NCBI RefSeq assembly: GCF_009914755.1
Contig: NC_060929.1
Origin: the human T2T-CHM13v2.0 reference genome, Homo sapiens
Length of the DNA: 64,000 bases
Reading direction: 5' to 3' (one strand)
Numbering within the stretch: position 1 is the first letter of the stretch; each line of letters starts with the position of its first letter. This document shows, in pieces, positions 1 to 14,154 of this stretch. The notes under the pieces were generated by a model. The model ran no database searches and was not told where the DNA came from. It saw only the letters and a list, made by a program, of their open reading frames with translations. The position numbers were made by a program, and so were the translations under genes.

Positions 1-1600
1 ACATATATAGTTTTTTAAATGTATATTAAACATATACACACCTTGGTAAGATGACCTCTAAGATACTCAATTATAAATATATTTTTTTCATAAAAATTAT
101 GAGAAATATGTGTGATGGATTTGTTCAAGGTGGAAAATCAAGGGTATCAATCACTGAGCTGTCAAAGAACATTTACATACAGTTTTAAAATGAGTATCAC
201 ATCAAAGTGGTCTTTGGATTTTATTAGATACATTTAAATATAGTGTGCCGTTTTATTTTTCAATGTTACTGTTTGCTATATGCTAAACCATTGAAATGTA
301 TAAAATATTTCAGATGTCGACTTAAAGTGGTGTGAGTAGGTTTCAAATTTCTTTTGTGTGTATGTGTTTAAAACCATTAAAGGCCAATGGTTTTTGTTAA
401 AATAAATATCCCATCCCTCCCTCCTTAGCCGACTCCATGTAAGTTACAGCTTTCTTGGTTCCCTGGGTTATTTTGGACCTAAGGACTTTCACAAGTGAGA
501 TTGTGGTTTTGCCACTGGCCCAGCATAGCCCAGGGAATGGGAAGCATGACATCCTTCATAGATCCTTTCCTGACAGCATGGAATGCCTTCTCAAGTGTCA
601 CCTTCCTGATACCGAATGCTTTGAGTAGTCATCAGATTCTTGTTGCATCTTAAAACATGAGCCATAAGAGTATGAGAGAGCTGCATATCACTTGCAAAAT
701 CTGACCAGGAAAATATGTTCATGTACAGTCACTAAGGGACCAGTAGACACTCATATGTCACTCACTATTTCATTCTCCCCTGGAAGCCCTGTGTTTTCTT
801 GCCGTATTATCTTTGGCAGTGGTTGCTTCATCATCTTCCTATCCAACGTTTGCCTTGGAATATACCATTATCCCATTGGGTCCCTATCCTTTGCTACCTA
901 GTGAAGCCATACACTAATCCTCAAGACAGATCATAAACTTGAGAGACCACCCACCGTGGAAAGAAATAATGGGTGTTGTCATGGCAGAATTTACCAGGAT
1001 TTCTTGCTTATTTGTCCTGGAAATGAGAAGAAATTTTTCTTTAAAACACCTATGTGACTAGGAAATTAGATATTTGGATAGAGATAACAAAAAAACCAGC
1101 TCCGATGAGTGAGAAAAATCAGGGAATCCCTGAAAAAGAAATTAGGATATGTTATGGAATGCAAGGAAGGTTGAACCATTGGAATATATGATAGGTGATA
1201 AAGATACAATTTTAAGGGTACTAGGAGACTTCTTCCTAGAATACTACTTTTAATGTAATTTGGTTCCAACAACTCCCAGCCTCTTATCATTTTCAGTTCA
1301 AAAATCAAAATTCCTGGGGAAAGAATCATCTGGTTACTTTGGTTTGGAATAGGTTTCTACCCCTTAATGAAATATGACTGTATCATAGGGCCATGTACAG
1401 ACACAGTACTGAGAATGAATCTTCCAAACAGCAAGCCAATTTTAAATATGTGGAAATTTCTGTGAGCAAGAAAGCTGACCAAGTAGAACCCACTTTTTCT
1501 TCCTACCATAGATGTGATTAAGGAATGAAAAACCATTATTTGATTTTGTGTAGGCAGTCATATCCAGCTCTCTTCAGAAAACGGAGAAGTCCATGGAAAC

Positions 1601-2391
1601 TGATATGAGTTGCATCGTGTTCCTTAATATTTATATGTGAATTTCTAACCCTCAGCACCTGTGAATGTGACCTTATTTACATATGGTGTCTAATATGGTC
1701 TAGCTCTGTGTCCCCACCCAAATCTCATCTTGAATTGAAATCCAAATTATAATCCCCACATTTTGGCATAGGGACCTCATGGGAAGTTATTAGGTCATGG
1801 GGACTGTCCCCCCATGCTGTTCTCATGATAGTGAGTGAGTTCTCACAAGATCTGATGGTTTTATAATGGGGCTTTCCCCCCCTTTACTTTGCACTTCTCT
1901 CTCCTGCTGCCATGTGAAGTAGTGTTTTCTTTCCCTTCTGCCATGATTATAAGCTTCCTGAGGCCTCCCCAGCCACGCGGAACTGTGAGCCAATTAAACC
2001 TCTTTCTTTTATAAATTACCAAGTCTCAGGCAGTTCTTTATAGCCATGTGATAACAGAATAATACAGGGTTTTTACAGAGGGCAATAGGGTAAGATGAAG
2101 TTATTAGGGTGGATGCTAATCTGATATCTTAGATGTCCTTATAAGAAGGAGAAATTTAGACAGAGACAGGCACTTGTAGAGGAAAAATTATAAACAGACA
2201 TGAGGAGATAGCCATCAATAAGCCTAGGAGAGAGGCTGGAGCCACGCCTTACCTCATAGCCCTTAGAGGGAACCAACCCTGTCAATGCCTTCATCTCTAA
2301 CTTACAGCCTCCAGAACTCTAGAGCAATACACTGTTGTTTCTAAGTCACCCAATTTGTGGTACTCTGCGACAGTCCTAGGAAACTACTACA
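1601..2391 (+). mobile_element. MaLR solo LTR, MLT1B-like, interrupted by a THE1 LTR
   Basis: Starts TGATATGAGTTG and contains GAATGTGACCTTATTT, GTCCTTATAAGAAGGAGAAATTT and CAGCCTCCAGAACT. Ends AAACTACTACA. Flanks GAAAC/GACAC are a degenerate 5-bp TSD. Confidence 0.85.
1691..2066 (+). mobile_element. THE1 solo LTR (THE1C-like) nested in MLT1B
   Basis: TAATATGGTCTAGCTCTGTGTCCCCACCCAAATCTCATCTTGAATTG...CCTGAGGCCTCCCCAGCC...ATTAAACCTCTTTC...AATACA, 376 bp. Confidence 0.92.
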
Positions 2392-3137
2392 GACACTCAT
2401 GGGCAAGAGTGAGTTCTCAATTCAGGACCAACTGCTTCTGAACACACGTGAGTCTTTCTTCTTTGGGAAGGAAAGATGTTCCTGAGTTCACACCAAGGAT
2501 GGAACTAAGCATTGCTCTTCAATATTGAGCTAAAGGGCATTTTGCTAAATGGAGGGCCATAGTTATTAGTTACAGATTTATCCAGCAATCACATCCTTCA
2601 AGTGCACTAGTTATGCCATATTACAGTAAAATTAATGGGTTGGTAAGTATTAACTTTAAACCTGTGATAAATAAGTCTAATCCCAACCACAGCATTTCTG
2701 ATTTAAATGAAGATATAGGCTATTACTCTTCAACCAGAACTTAAATAATTTAGTCAATGGTCATTTCACATTTGCTTTCTTGAATATGCCACATATTTTA
2801 TAATGTCTTCCTAGGGACTTGCCTCCCTTCCTCTATAATGAAGTACATTGGCTTGATTTCTAGCAATATCTTTAAGTAGGGTATTAAGAAAAATCTTCAT
2901 AGAAAACAGAGGTCAATCCTGGGCCTTTCCCCTTCCAGTTAAATTAGAAAGAAGAACAGTTCTGAAATTCATCTATTATGCCAGGGCATTTTTCTTTTAA
3001 GATATTCAGTACATTCTTCAAAATTACAGTTACCAACACAAACATGATATATTATGTCCAGAGTATATTTGACATTTTAGAATAACACATTGGTTCCTTT
3101 CCTCATTTTCTGCTTCAAAGTTAAACAATACATACAT

Positions 3138-3431
3138 TTTCATTTGAGACAGGGTGTCTCTCTGTTGCCCAAGCTGGGGTGCAGTGGTGCAAATATGGCT
3201 CGCTGCAGTGTCGACCTCCCAGGCTCAAGAGATCCTCCTTCCTCAACCTCACAAATAGCTTGGACTACCAGCACATGTAACCACTCCCGGATAATTTTTG
3301 TATATTTTGGAGAGAAAGGGTTTCACCATGTTGCTCAGGCTGGTCTCAAACTCATGGGTTCAAGAAACTCACCCACCTCAGCCTTCCAAACTGCTGGTAT
3401 TACAGACATGAGTCACCGTGCCCCGCCCAGC
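3138..3431 (-). mobile_element. AluJ SINE
   Basis: Antisense Alu dimer with J-type features (GAGACAGGGT, CTCCCAGGCTCAAG, GATCCTCC). Flanked by similar AATACAT sequences. Confidence 0.92.
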
Positions 3432-4516
3432 AATACATTTAAAAACAAAAGCCCAGACACCTTTTTTTCTCAAAACTAGTGATATAGGCTAAAATTTCTG
3501 GGACCTACACATAATTGAGTGATTTAGGGAGGTTTTATGCAGGTTTGGATTAAGTAACCTGACATATAATGTCACCAATAAGTTATTATTTAAATTCTTA
3601 CTGTGTACATGTCCCTTAGAGTTTATCCCTATTTTGTAATGATTAAGCACACAAGTCTCTTATGATCAGCTGCATTCAAGTATCCAGGCTGACTCTACCA
3701 GGAAATCCTTATACTGATAGAGACCACACTAAAGTGTTAGCTAAACCATGTCACATCTACCTTCTTCCATCTGCTTTAGAAAAGGGTGTTAGGGAGAGGC
3801 ATTTAGAAATGATATAACATTTATTCATTCAATTACGTATTTAACAAACTTATATTTAATGAATAAAGACCAAGTGTTCATAGTTACAAAAGGAATTGGG
3901 TTTGAATAGTCTATAAAAACAGAGAGTAAGGGAAAGTTTGCAGGTCAGCATAGAATTTTTGTTTCTAACACACAGTGGCTTGCCTCCTGTCCGCAGAAGT
4001 TGGACTTGTGTGGTAATAAGAGTTGCTTAGTGACATCTACAGGTTTAGTAATTTATACTCAGTAGAAGAAAAGAACAGCCACCAAGTCTGGTGATCAGTG
4101 TGGGTGCATTCAAGGGCCAAGATTCACAAAGAAGAGAGTGAAGCAGGTACCAAAACTAATGACAAGAGAAACACTAGAACTCTCAGAAATTGATGCGACA
4201 GCACCTATGCTTGCCAAGCCTGTTAGATCATAATAAAAACTGCAGATCATTATCTTTAATCCAGGATGTCTCACCCAGAAGTGATGAAAAGTGCATACAC
4301 TAAATAAAAGTTTTTCTCTTAACTAATGTTGAGACAACAAAGATGGATGATTTATAATATATTTTAAAGTGTACATAGCAGTTTATATAATTTTGTGATG
4401 TTTTATGACATCTTCATAAATGATAGATGTTACAGTACATGGTTAATGCTGTAGTCATTTCAGGAAGGCAGGATGAAGCCCTCAACCCAAAATATTCAAA
4501 TTTTGAGAAAATGATT

Positions 4517-4543
4517 ACACACACAGACACACACATACACACA

Positions 4544-4575
<32 letters not shown>
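4517..4575. repeat. (CA)n microsatellite
   Basis: Interrupted AC dinucleotide run. Confidence 0.97.
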
Positions 4576-4577
<2 letters not shown>

Positions 4578-6629
4578 GAGGATATAAAAAAATGTCATTA
4601 CCCAAATAATGAAGCTTTCTGGGGGAATCAGGACAGACTGCCAGGCAGTTCCAAATATGGCTTGAGAGAGCCAAATGGGCCCACTGGCACAGCTTTACCT
4701 GTGGTTAGGGTTGGGGTAGTTCGACGGCTCCTGCTTCTGGTTTGAGATTGCTGGTTTGAACTTCCCACTTTTGCTAAAGGAAGGAGCACGGAAACTTTTC
4801 ATTGGCTTTGACAGATAAGAGGAAAAATGGGGAGAAAGAAGGATAGAACTTAAGCTGTGAACAGCCAAACATTCAAATTAGAGTCAGAGTCTTGATTTCG
4901 ATCAATGTATGATGTTAAAGTACATCATATTTATAGTTTTTCTTGAGATAACTAACGATGTTCTTCAGTTACTAAACCACAGTTGGAGGTCCTTGCTCCT
5001 GACAAGCTCTACAATTTGATCCAGATGATTCCAACAGAAACAAAAATGTGTAAAGTAAGTGCATGCAACATCATGAAATCCAGTGTAAAGGACTGTTATC
5101 CAGCAGCCACAATGAATGAGAGATGCATTTCAGTATTCACACAGAACTTTTACAACTGAGAAAAACACTGACTAAATAAAATTCAGTAAAATAGATAAAA
5201 TTGCTCTACCCAGACCTTTGTTTTTATCAAAATAGTGCTATAAACCTAATCGGAGAAAGATAACGACATTCCGATGGGTAGAGGTACACTACAAGACACC
5301 TCACATTTTCTCAAGTAATGGTATTGTAAGAGGAAGTAAACAAAAAATAATAAATAAAATTCAAGCAAATAAGAGAAATCATGCAAATGCAGCCCAGTAG
5401 ACTTAGATGGTAAGCAAAATAAAGGCAGTCTCACAGCTCACTGAAATACCAAATATATGTCACTTTTAGTAGTGGTAGTATCACAGCCAAGTTTTGAACT
5501 GGAAAGCAGTGAACAACTAAAGAAATTAAGCAAACTCCTGAGCTCTTCCTGCTGTCATTTATTAATATGATAACATTCGGGGGTAACATATAAATTTAAA
5601 GATGCAATATATGCACAGTAGAGAATCTATTTGAAGAAAAATAATATTCCAACTGCTAAATACTTCATTAGATATGGTTCAAATACATTAAAATATTTTT
5701 TGGTGAAAGTGGTACTTTAATTTTGTAAACCCAATAGTATAGTATAGACTTAAAACCCGTAGCCCATAAAATACCACTGTGAATATTCCTGAAGGGTATA
5801 GTGCAAAAAGGTTTGGAAGAGCCATAGTTAAAATAAATAGTTATTAAACTTTTAGTTTCAGTATGCCAGTCGTACAGCAAATAAAAATTTAAAGTCAACT
5901 TTGAGTATTTTTATGTCGTTATTTAGACACAAATGGCCTTTAGTAAATTTCAAACTAAGTAGAACAGTTGTGTGATTTCCAAACACAAAGCATCCATTCC
6001 CAGGCCACCACGTGTTCCATGATAGTTGAGGCACTGCTCTTTCAAACCTTGGTTCGAAGGCTTTACTTTAACATATTGATCAATTAGACCACGTTCTAGG
6101 GTCTAATTCAAAATCACTATGTAAATCCAAGGAATGCATGTGGGAATAAGAAATGATACGTGACAGGATTAAAGATTCCATTTTTAGTTACAGCTTTTAG
6201 TTATAACTTTCTCAGATTTTTGTCAGTCAATCCAAAATAATTTAAGTATGGCAACTCCTAAACAAATACAAGTTTACTCTATGGAAGTATTCTCCAGTGC
6301 CTTTTTATTTTACTTGTAATTTCCAATGATATGCATTTATTATAAGCTGATTGATTTATTAGACCTTCGTGCAAAACACAGAAATCAATACAAGAAAAAT
6401 GGATGCAAAATGTAAGTGGCCACAAAAGATTGCATGTCTTTAAAGCTATTGCAGAGGGAAGGTTTGACATAAATTTATCTCAACAGAAACTTCTGTCTTA
6501 TTCCATGCTTCTGAAAACTTTGTCCTTAACATACAGAAGACAGTAAAACAACAGCATCCAGTAAAACAAAGAAAGCTCTTTAAAGAGTGAAAACTACTTA
6601 ACCTGGTCCATTTGAATATTCAAACATAT

Positions 6630-7400
6630 TTATTTTTTAAATTAATCATTTTATTTTGAGATAAATGTAGATTCAAATGCTGTAGTAAGAAATAATATAG
6701 ATAACTATGATTCTTTACCAGGTTTCCCCCAGTGATAGAATCTTGAAACATTATCATACAATATCAATAACCAGAATATTGACATTGAAATAGTTAAAAT
6801 ATTAGGGCGTTTCCATCACCACAAAGAGAGTTCATTTTGTATTTTTATAGTCACGACAAACTTTCTCCCAATCTGCTCTCCCTTCTGAAACATCAGCAAC
6901 AACTAATTTGCTCTTCAGTTTTATAATTTTCTTATTTCAAGAACGTGACAAAAATCGAATTGGATGCGTGTAACTCTTAGGGACAGTCTGTTTTACTCAG
7001 CATAATTCTCTGGAGAGTTATCAGGCTGCTGTGTGTGTTCCTATAAATAAGGTACCATTTCCTTTTTGGTTTCAAGATTTTTGTCTTGTTTTTGAGATTT
7101 CTTTTTGTCTGTGGTTTCAATTAGGATGTGTCTTGGTGCGGATTTCTTTAAGTTGATCCTACTTGGGATTTCCTCAGCCTCTTGAATCTATACATTTATG
7201 GCTTTTCTCAAATTTGGGAAATTTTCAGCCATTATATTCTTGTGGGCTTTTTATCCTCTTCATCTTGCACCTCTTCTTCCAGGGCTCTGATGACACAAAT
7301 GTTGTATCTTTTGTTGTAGTTCCACTATTCCCTGAGATAATAGTCCCTCTTCTCTCTCTCTACCACTCACTCTCTCCTCTATGCTATTTAGAGTGGGTGT
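6630..7400 (-). mobile_element. Old L1M (L1MC-like) fragments: 3' UTR end plus a 5'/ORF1-region piece
   Basis: TTTTATTTTGAGATAAATGTAGATTCA...GTAAGAAATAATA...ATATTGACATTG...TTACTCAGCATAATTCTCTGGAG matches an antisense L1MC 3' end. 7045-7400 (TTTCAAGATTTT...GGGAAATTTTCAGCCATTAT) resembles an antisense L1M ORF1 region. Confidence 0.7.
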
Positions 7401-7509
7401 GGTAGATCAGTAATGCAGTTGCTGGAAGAGGTTTTCCCTTTGGGTAAAGATCCTGAACCTTGTCTTTGGAAAGCACCTACATCCTCTAAAATTTAAAGTA
7501 AATTCTGCA

Positions 7510-7536
7510 TGTGTATGTGTAGGGGTGTGTGTTTTT

Positions 7537-7572
<36 letters not shown>

Positions 7573-7582
7573 GTGTGTGTGG
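7510..7582. repeat. (TG)n microsatellite
   Basis: Interrupted TG run. Confidence 0.95.
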
Positions 7583-7877
7583 GGTGAATGAGTGTGTATT
7601 GCATTTTAAGGGGGAAAATGGCCATAGCTCATTTGTTTCTCCAAAAGGTTCCCACTGTTTTCATCTCTTCACACAAAGTCCCTCTTTTCAGAACTCCACA
7701 ATGTCTTTTGGTCTTCATTCCTTAATCCCACTCCTAATGTCTCCTTCCATATCCATACTCCTTGCCCATAAAGATGTTGTTTGTTTAAAATGCACAGAGC
7801 ATTTAAGTAAGGGATTTCTCCTCTCCAGGCTAGATCACCTGTATGAGTGTTGCCAATCATGAACAAGATCCATATTT

Positions 7878-10800
7878 ACAACTGAAATCATACCAAACAC
7901 ACTTTTGCACCATGACACAATAAAAATAGAAGCCAAGACAATGAAAATCACTTAAAACCATGCAATTACATGGAAATTAAACACGCTCCTGAATGACTCC
8001 TAGGTAAATAATAAAATTAAGGTAGAAATCAAGGCGCTCTTTGAAAATAAGGAGAACAACACACCAGAGTCTCTGGGGCACTGCTACAGCAGTGTTAAGA
8101 GGGAAATTCATAGCACTAAATGCCCACATCAAAAAGTTAGAAAGATCTCAAATTAACAACCTAACTTCAAAACCAAAAGAATTCCAGAAGCAAGAACAAA
8201 TCAACCCCAAAGCTAGCAGAAGATGAGAAATAAGAAAAGTCAATGAAGAACCGAAGGAAATAGAGACACACAAAAAAAAATGCAAAAGATCAATGAATCC
8301 AGAAGTTGTTTTTTTGAAAAAATTAATAAAACAGGCCACTATCTAGATGAATAAAGAAGAGAGAGAGAAGATCAAAATAAACACAATTATAAATGATGAA
8401 GGGAATGTTACCACTAGCCCCACAGAATAAAAATAATCATCAGAAAGTACGAACAACTCTATTCACTCAAACTAGAAGAGATGGCTAAATTCCTGGACAA
8501 ATACACCCTCCCAAGACTAAGCCAGGAAGAAACTGATTCCCTGAACAGACCAATAACAATGGCTAAATTCCTGGACATATACATGCTCCCAAGACTGAGC
8601 CAGGAAGAAACTGATTCCCAGAGCAGACCAATAAAAAGCTCCAAAATTGAATCAGTAATAAATAATCTACCAATAAAGAAAGCTCAGGACCTGATGGATT
8701 CACAGCTGAATTCTGCCAGATGTACAAAGAAGAGCTGGTACCATTACTACAGAAACTATTCCAAAAAAATTGAGGAGGAAAGACTCCTCCTCAAATCATT
8801 CTGAGGCCAGCATCACCTTGATACCAAAACCTGGAAGAGACACAACAAAAAAAGAAAACCTCAGGCCAATATCCTTGATGAACATTGATGCAAAAAGTCT
8901 CAGCAAAATACTTGCAAACCAAATCCAGCAGCACCTCAAAAAGCTAATCAACCATGATTCAGTAGGCTTCATCTCTGGGATGCAGGGTTGGTTCAATATA
9001 TGCAAATCAATAAATGTGATTCATCACATAAACAGAACAAAAACCACATGATTTTCTCAATAGACACAGAAAAGGCTTTTGATAAAATTCAACATACCTT
9101 CATGTTAGAAACTCTCAATAAACTAGATATTGAAGAAACATACCTCAAAATAATAAGTGACATTTCTGACAAACCCACAGCCAACATATACTGAATGGGC
9201 AAAGCTGGAAGCATTTCTCTTGAAAACCAGTACAAGACAAGGATGCCCTCTCTCGTGACTCCTATTCAACATAATATTGGAAGTCCTAGCCAGAGCAATC
9301 AGGCAAGAGAGAGAAATAAAGTGCATCCAAGTAGGAAGTGAGGAAGTCAAACTACCTCTTTTTGCAGATGGCATGTTTCTATATCTAGAAAACCCCATAG
9401 TCTCAACGCAAAAGCTCCTTCTGTTGGTAAACAACTTCAGCAAAGCTGCAGGATACAAAATCAATGTACAAAAATCACTACCATTCCTATACACCAACAA
9501 CAGCCAAGTCAAGAGCCAAATCAGAAATGCAATCCCATCACAATTGCCACACACAAAAATAATATATCTAGGTATACAGCTAATCAGACAGGTGAAAGAT
9601 CTCTACAATGAGAATTACAAAACACTCCTAGAAGCAATTAGACAAGACACAAACAAATATGAAAACATCCCATGCTCATGGATAGAAAGAATCCATATCA
9701 TTAAAATAGTCAGACTGTCCAAAGCAATTTACAGATTAAATGCCATTCTTATCAAACTTCCAGTGACCTTCTTCACAGAACTAGATAAAAGTACTTTAAA
9801 ATTTATATGGAACCAAAAAAGAGTCTGAATAGCCAAGGCAATCCTAAGCAAAAGGAACAAAGCTGGAGGCATCACATTACCTGACTTCAAACGCTACTGC
9901 AAGGCCACAGTAACAAAAACAACATGGTATTGGTATAAAAACAGGCACATAGACCAACGGAACAGAATAAAGAGCCCAGAAAAAAGGCTGCACATATACA
10001 ACCATCTGATCTTTGACAAAGATTACAAAAACAAGCAATGAGGAAAATATTCCCTATTCAATAAATCATGCTGGGATAACTGGCCAGCCATATACAAAAG
10101 ATTGAAGCTGAACCCCTCCCTTATACCATATACAAAAATCCACTCAAGATGGATTAAATACTTAAATGTAAAACCCAGAACTATTAAAACTTTCGAAGAC
10201 AACCGAGGCCGTACCATCTTGGACATAGAAACAAGCAAAGATTTCAGGACAAAGACACCAAACACAATCACAACAAAAGCAAAAATTGACAATTGGGATC
10301 TAATTAAACTAATGAGCTTCTGCACAGCAAAATAAACTATCATCAGAGAGAACAAACAACCTACAGAATGGAAGAAAATACTTGCAAACTATGCACGTGA
10401 CACAGGTCGAATATCCAGCATCTAAAAGGAACTTAAGCAAATTTACAAGAGAGAAACAAACAGCCCCATTAAAAAGTGGGCAAAAGACATGAACAGACAC
10501 TTCTCAAAAGAAGACATATATGCAGCCAACAAGCATATGAAAAAAGCTCAATATCACTGATCATTAGAGAAATGCAAATCAAAACCACATTGAGATACCA
10601 TCTCATACCAGTCAGAATGGTTATTATTAAAAGGTCAAAAAACAACAGATGCTGGCAAGGTTGCAGACAAAAGAGAACACTTACACACTGTTGGTGGGAG
10701 TATAAGTTAGTTCAACCATTGTGGAAAGCAGTACGGTGATTCCTCAAAGAGCTGAAAGTAGAACTACCATTCAACCCAGCAATCCCATTACTAGGTATAC

Positions 10801-11308
10801 ACCCAGAGGAATAAACGCATTCCACCATAAAGCTACGTACACATGAGTATTCATTGCAGCACTAATCACAATAGCAAAGACATGGAATCAACCTAAATGT
10901 TCATCAATGGCAGATCGTATAAAGAAAATGTGGTATATATACACCATGGAATATTGTGCAGTCATGAAAAAGAACGAGATCATGTCTTTCACAGTAACAT
11001 GGTTGGAGCTGGAGGCCATTACCCTTAGCAAACCAATGCAGAAACAGAAAACCAAATACCATATATTCTCACTTATAAGTGAGAGCCATGTGATAAGAAC
11101 TTATGAACACAAAGAAGAAAACAAAAGACGCTGTGATCTACTTTAGGAGGGAAGGTGGGAGGAGAGAGAGAAGCAGAAAATATAACTATTGGGTACTGGG
11201 TTTAATACCTCAGAGATAAAATCATATGGACAAGAAACCCCCATGACACTTGTTTACCTATGTAACAAACCTTCACATATACCCCAAAACCTAAATTAAA
11301 GGTTAAAA
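7878..11308 (+). mobile_element. 5'-truncated LINE-1, L1PA15-like (L1PA13-16 range), with fragmented ORF2
   Basis: Several ORF2 fragments appear in the ORF track ([30 protein letters not shown]). The 3' UTR has AACTTATGAACACAAAGAAG...ATAACTATTGGGTACTGG, followed by an A-tail. TSD AAGATCCATATTT (7865-7877) / AAAATTCATATTT (11309-11321). Confidence 0.93.
8481..8636 (+). repeat. 78-bp in-frame tandem duplication inside L1 ORF2
   Basis: [26 protein letters not shown] is repeated as [26 protein letters not shown]. Copies are at 8481-8558 and 8559-8636. Confidence 0.95.
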
Positions 11309-11929
11309 AAAATTCATATTTGGGAGCATATAATCCCTGAATTGGAAGGATGATATGTTGTGACTTTGGGGGTAGCATTGAGGTGGGGGTGAGTGTGGGT
11401 CATAGACCCCAAATTGAAATTCTCTACTCGTGAGACCAGGCTCATGGCTTTTGGTTCTCCCTCCCTGCGGTGCCTCCAGCCTTACTGAACTCCCTGCAAT
11501 TCCCTGAGCACATCGCTGTCTTCCCAGGCCTTGCACAGGCTGCCCCTCATCTCCGATTCCTATTTCTGCATTGCAATGCATTGGAATGTGAATAAGAAAG
11601 CCTTTGAATATGAAAGCTACTCTGTTCCTTGATAAGCAAGATTAAATTTTACAAACACTTGTCTAATTACTATTCAAAAAGAGAGGCTATAAACAACTTA
11701 GAATTTTATCTTGGTTTAATGTAAGGCATATTTTCACACAGTCCATCTAATATCCAAGAGAAAAACCACTCTAGAACAGTCTTACATGTAATGTAATACA
11801 TTTACTGTGTAGAAGTATATCTTAATGGGTTCAAATGTATAGCATTCATATAAGATAGTGGAATTAATAAGGAATGATTCATTCACTTATTATCCTGTGC
11901 TGTTATTTAGAAAATATTGGCTAACTTAG

Positions 11930-12242
<313 letters not shown>

Positions 12243-12924
12243 GAATTTGAATATTATTAAAGCTAATAAGAATTTAAAAAGACCTCTATGAAAGTAGATA
12301 TTATTTTGAAGTTTGAAAATAGAATGGATGAAGACATTATAAATAAAAGGAAAAGGGTAACCAATAAAATAAAGTGTGTTTGAGTACAGCAGAACAAAAA
12401 TAGCTGTTCTAAGCAAACCATTTATAATTGCAATTAAACAATTCAGTAATAATGATGAATTTTAGAATAAGGCTGTTTTTCAGGGGAAGGGAAAAGGGAG
12501 GGTATTTTTCAAATTATTATGTGACAGTGCTTTGAAGATCTGCCATAAGTCAGTTGAGTAGGAAGGAGTTCATTGTACATTTAATTTTATATCTATGTTT
12601 ATATCTATATTTATCTCTTTTTCAAGAGAGGGAAAGAGCAAGAATGGACTTAATATATTCATTGTTTCCTGTGTCTGTTTCAACTTTCTGTGATTTTTCA
12701 AGTTCTTAAGTTTTCATTGTGCCCATATTGTTATTAGACTTAGAAAAGCTTATTTAAAAGTTTGTATTAATAGTTCATTTTTATGACTTTCAGAAATGTG
12801 GCCCACTGCAGTGATGCAGAAGTGGGTGTTCAATATATAAAAGTATCAATGAAGTGTGGAACAGAGAAAAGGGAGTTTGGCATTCAACTTCAACCTGTCA
12901 TAAAGCAGTACATTCTGAAATCCT

Positions 12925-12995
12925 AAAATGGGCCGAAAAGCTTGCCATCCTGAAAGCAGGCATGTTATAAATCAGCTAAAACAGGGGGCTCTTGG
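12925..12995 (+). repeat. 71-bp dispersed direct repeat, copy 1 (likely donor)
   Basis: AAAATGGGCCGAAAAGCTTGCCATCCTGAAAGCAGGCATGTTATAAATCAGCTAAAACAGGGGGCTCTTGG, 69/71 identical to 14084-14154. Confidence 0.95.
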
Positions 12996-14083
12996 GTAGG
13001 TGATCACAGGGCCTCCTTGGATTCCAAAGTAGCAGTTAGGAACTAGAGCCCGAGTTCAAACAAATGTTGTACAAGCTTCTGGAGTTGAAATTCACACTGA
13101 ATAAGCACATCCGAAAGCCTGCCTTGGAGTTTGGCATGGTTTTTATCTTATTTTGGATGCTGAAAACAGATACAAATCCAATGGAATGATTAGAAATTAA
13201 AAACAAAACTGAAAATTTGATCTCAATCTAAAAAGCACGACAGATCAGAGTGATCTGTCCACGACATTTACATGTGAGTCAAAGCTCAGATTGATCTATC
13301 TTTGGTAATACAAAATATTATAATATAGTTTTGTAACACAATCATTTTATGGCATCATATTATAGTATTATAGCATATTACAGTAGACTATGATAGAAAT
13401 ATAGCCTGTGAAGATGAAGAAATTGGAATTTAATGACAAAATAGGATATTTTTTAAGTAAAATTGAGTTGAAAGTGTAGGTGGCACCCAGCAAAGGCAAA
13501 GACCCTCTGCTCTGGGGAGAGCTCCATATTTGCTTCTCTGCTTCCCCATTTCTTGAATGAACAACCAAGCCAAGTTTCCCACTTCCTTCACAAGCAGCAA
13601 TTTGGGCCACGGCATAATGAATTGAAAAGTTGTTGAAACCATAAAATAAGTTAAAAATGATATGAATGGCAGTTTCATTATTTTCTCCAGTTTATAAAAG
13701 TAGATTGCTGTATAACATTGCAGCCACAAGGAAAGAAAAAACGTTTAGATTCCCTAAAAGTCTATTGAGTTTCTTCTATGTGTGTCCATGGTGAAGAACA
13801 CGATGGAGTCTATGGGGGAATCATATTAAAGATGGTTGAGAGAAGCGGAGCATAGGGGCACAGAAAAATCCAGCAGGTCAAGGAGAAAAATAGAAGACAT
13901 AATCAGGCTTCTTTGGGATTAACACTAGTAGAAAAAAAAAAGATACGAGTTAATGTTTACTTTCATACACATTACGAGAGAAATAAATTGATAATTTACT
14001 TTGATACATGGCAGTGATTGAGCACTTTGTGGGACCCTCAAAGCCTGGGGCCCCCAGAGACTGGAGTCAGAGTAAAGGTCAGG

Positions 14084-14154
14084 AAAATGGGCCGAAAAGC
14101 TTGGCATCCTGAAAGCAGGCATGTTATAAATCAGCTAAAACAGGGGGCCCTTGG
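14084..14154 (+). repeat. 71-bp dispersed direct repeat, copy 2 (likely inserted copy)
   Basis: Same sequence as 12925-12995 with 2 mismatches, bracketed by GGTCAGGAA at 14077-14085 and 14153-14161. Confidence 0.95.

Noticed and set aside
640-1500. Possible ancient MLT1-type LTR fragments
   Set aside because: The similarity is too weak to set boundaries or a family by eye.
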